The position numbers were made by a program, and so were the translations under genes. From Blepharisma stoltei ATCC 30299 (lineage: Eukaryota; Protista; Ciliophora): 64,000 nt of DNA. The notes beneath the pieces are model-generated. The model saw only the letters and a program-made list of their open reading frames with translations, did no database searches and was not told the DNA's origin. How positions within the stretch are numbered: position 1 is the stretch's first letter; every line of letters starts with the position of its first letter. This document shows, piece by piece, positions 61,635-64,000 of this stretch. Location of the stretch: the NCBI GenBank assembly GCA_965603825.1, contig CBFDEM010000036.1, positions 186,001 through 250,000 on the forward strand, written 5' to 3'.

Positions 61635-62570
61635 TTACATATCTGATTGGTCTGAGCTTATTTCTGCGATGATTTTATCAAGGTATTTCATGTTTGGAAT
61701 TTCTGATTCAAATCCACTACTGGATGTGCAATTTCTTGGAGTCTGACTCCTTGACTTGTTTGATAGAAATGAAGCTTCACTGACTTCACTTTCGAACAAA
61801 AATTGATAATAAGTATTTTGTAGTAAAACTGTTTTTTTTAGGTTTTCTTCCATAAGTGCTTCAATTCTTGTTAGCTCTTCTGCTTGTCTTCTTGCAATTC
61901 TTGACTTGCTCCTAGTTTCGTTCATCTTGCTTCTATACATTTCGTCTAGCACCTGTTTTATCCCTTCTGAGCTTGCAGTTCTTGATTTGCTTGCTTTGCT
62001 CGTCTCATTAAATATTTTTCTTGCTCTTTCAGTAACCAAATTTTTTTCAGCTTCAAATCTTTGTTTCAAAAAATTTTCGTTTTGTATTTTTTGAGCAATA
62101 GCTTCATCTCTTGCTTTGCTATTTTTTTCGATTAAATTTTTTTTACTTCTTTCTATGCTTTCTTTTCTCCTTTGTCTTTCTGTTGAGATATCTCTCTTTT
62201 TGTTGACTGTTTCAATTTCTCGTTCTTTGAGCGCAGTTTCAATCCCCTTTTTAAAAAGTTCATGCTTTTCTCTGATCGTTTGTCTTTTAGAAGACAGCAT
62301 CTTTGCAGCTTCAATTGCTTTGTTGGCTTTTTGCTGCTCGGTTTCGAGATGTTTTATTCGATTTTTTAATAATTTTAAATTTTCGTCTGCTTGTTTCCGT
62401 TCCTGCGAAAGCAAATACATTTCTATACCTTTTGTTTCAGAAATAGTGCGATGGTGCTCTTTTGGAGTTGCAGAGCAGTTTCGACGTTTAGAGCTTTTTG
62501 TGCTAATTGGTGTATCATTTTCAAATAGTTCATCAGAGAGCTTGAGATATGAGTTATTAAGTCCAGACAT
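61635..62570 (-). CDS. Hypothetical coiled-coil protein (311 aa)
   Basis: Uninterrupted charged, helical ORF (LLKNRIKHLETEQQKA). Confidence 0.72.
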   Translation of the reverse strand: MSGLNNSYLKLSDELFENDTPISTKSSKRRNCSATPKEHHRTISETKGIEMYLLSQERKQADENLKLLKNRIKHLETEQQKANKAIEAAKMLSSKRQTIREKHELFKKGIETALKEREIETVNKKRDISTERQRRKESIERSKKNLIEKNSKARDEAIAQKIQNENFLKQRFEAEKNLVTERARKIFNETSKASKSRTASSEGIKQVLDEMYRSKMNETRSKSRIARRQAEELTRIEALMEENLKKTVLLQNTYYQFLFESEVSEASFLSNKSRSQTPRNCTSSSGFESEIPNMKYLDKIIAEISSDQSDM

Positions 62571-62840
62571 TTATGATAAATTTGTTAAAAATGATTTAAA
62601 GCTATATATTTATTAAGAAAAAATAGTTTTATATTGCCTGGCTTTAACAATATTTTGAGCTGCTTAGTTATTTGTTCTTCAATATTTTTATAATAAAACA
62701 AATATAAAACTTTAAATCAAAATAAACAAATAAACTTATGATTAGGCTAGAAGCGATAATTCTTTTAAAGTTCTCAAATATAGCTTCCAATTAAATTTTC
62801 CCCTAAGACTATTTAATTATGGAAGAAATTCGTTTGTTAT

Positions 62841-63266
62841 TTATGCTGAAAGAATAACTGATCCTCCTACTTTCTTAATTCTTTCTTCAGCTTTAGCAGA
62901 AAATAGTCTTGCCTTGACATTGACTGGCCTTGAAAGAACACCTCTGCCAAGAACTTTGAAAAATCCATGAGCTCCTGCATCAATAAGAGGGATATCTGAT
63001 GATGCCTTTTGTTCTTCTGTTAACAGTGTATTAAGGGTGTCAAGATTCACGCAAGGGCAGAACTCTGTGTTTTTCTTTAAGTGGAAGCGTCTCATACCAA
63101 CTTTTCCGAAGTATCCTGGATGGAACTTGTCAAATAAGATTCTGAGGTGATGTAAACCACCGGCATTACCACGACCACAAGGATGTTTTCTGTGCTTTCC
63201 GATACGACCATGGCCCATGCTTACATGTCCTCTGAGTTTCCTGGTATGCTTGAGTCTTGCCACCAT
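62841..63266 (-). CDS. RPL27A: 60S ribosomal protein L27a (uL15)
   Basis: [45 protein letters not shown]. Confidence 0.96.
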   Translation of the reverse strand: MVARLKHTRKLRGHVSMGHGRIGKHRKHPCGRGNAGGLHHLRILFDKFHPGYFGKVGMRRFHLKKNTEFCPCVNLDTLNTLLTEEQKASSDIPLIDAGAHGFFKVLGRGVLSRPVNVKARLFSAKAEERIKKVGGSVILSA

Positions 63267-63623
63267 ATTAATGAATTACAACACCATAGATTATCATCAA
63301 GCACATAATCGCTTATAATGATTTCTTATTGAGATTCGATTTTGAGAATTTTTAGAAAATTTAAAGAGAAACCTTTGAATGGTTTCAGTTATTTGGTATT
63401 TCTAGATTTGAGTGTATTATGCAAATAATAATAATAATCTATTTTTACTTTAAATTGATGAATAATCTTCTGAATATTTCAGTTTTATATCAACAAACAA
63501 TTTTGATAATCATGTTATGTTGGTCTTATAGATTATTTTTGTTTGATCATAAATAATAAATTAAAATATAGCAGCTGAAATAGTTTTAAGCTCAAACTAG
63601 ATTAGGAGTAAATTAATAAATTA

Positions 63624-64000
63624 CTATTCCATATTAGATTCTTCTATTGTAAAATTAACAGAATGTTTTCGATTTTGTGTTTCTCGCATGAGCACAGTAA
63701 GCTCTCCTCTTGCTTTTGTTTGGTTCCTTTTCACTAGCCATTTTGCTTCTTGTGTTTCCTCAGTTTCAATCTAATTTTTTTTTACCGTTGGAATGGGATT
63801 AAAGTTCAAATTCTTTTTTAAGTCCATTAAATCATTGAAGAACTTTGGCTTTTCTTCACCTTGAGATTGCAAATCAGCTTCTTTGTCGATTGCATTCCCT
63901 TCATCTCTATCAGATGATATTGTTTCTGCAATATACGATAAAGGTATGTTTTTATTCTCTAAAAGATTCATTAACTTTTGGCTTATATCAGTGTCCAGGT
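63624..64000 (-). CDS. 3' end of a hypothetical protein entering from the right edge; 15-nt intron at 63771-63785
   Basis: ORF 63771-63971 stops at an intron-internal TAG; after splicing it continues IETEETQEAKWLVKRN..SNME* to 63624. Confidence 0.7.
63771..63785 (-). other. 15-nt intron GTAAAAAAAAATTAG
   Basis: GT-AG, 15 nt, A at position 10, in-frame TAG if retained. Confidence 0.78.

Noticed and set aside
1-64000. Mycoplasma/Spiroplasma or mitochondrial origin suggested by UGA=Trp and low GC
   Set aside because: Gene content is eukaryotic nuclear (Rabs, EF-1alpha, DDB1, importin) with spliceosomal introns
1-64000. IESs or transposons (germline-limited DNA)
   Set aside because: No TA-bounded insertions interrupting genes, terminal inverted repeats or transposase/RT ORFs were seen; consistent with macronuclear sequence, though intergenic IESs could not be excluded by eye

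Overview
Gene-dense, AT-rich eukaryotic nuclear DNA, almost certainly the somatic (macronuclear) genome of a heterotrich ciliate of the Blepharisma type. Two features read directly from the sequence explain the fragmented ORF track. (1) In-frame TGA encodes Trp: it falls in invariant Trp motifs (Rab WDTAGQ, PHD WFH, IQ and F-box motifs) and aligns with TGG in paralogs, while every gene end I could define is TAA or TAG. (2) Introns are exactly 15 nt (GT...AG, A at position 10); seven were found. Re-reading under these rules merges the fragments into about 34 genes: an LNR-repeat secreted protein, a 2654-aa LamG/Cys-rich/REJ/GPS polycystin-1-like receptor, a tandem array of membrane-anchored pepsin-fold proteins lacking the first catalytic Asp, an F-box/XPA-like fusion next to an N-terminally short RPA1, importin-7/8, two Rabs, Rrp45, two F-box-LRR-ankyrin-CaaX proteins, VPS15, a BBOF1-like protein, two SWEETs, a double-PHD protein, a DadA-like oxidoreductase, two GSTs plus a relic, a divergent EF-1alpha, a CMGC-like kinase, FCP1, a degenerate myosin, DDB1 and RPL27A, plus one tRNA-Glu(TTC) with an unusual C33. 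No transposon, IES, telomere, rRNA or CRISPR array was seen. The code and tiny introns are known biology. The more novel-looking items are the domain architectures, the pseudo-enzymes and two 6-nt spacers between co-directional genes. All domain calls are by eye from motifs; no database searches were run.
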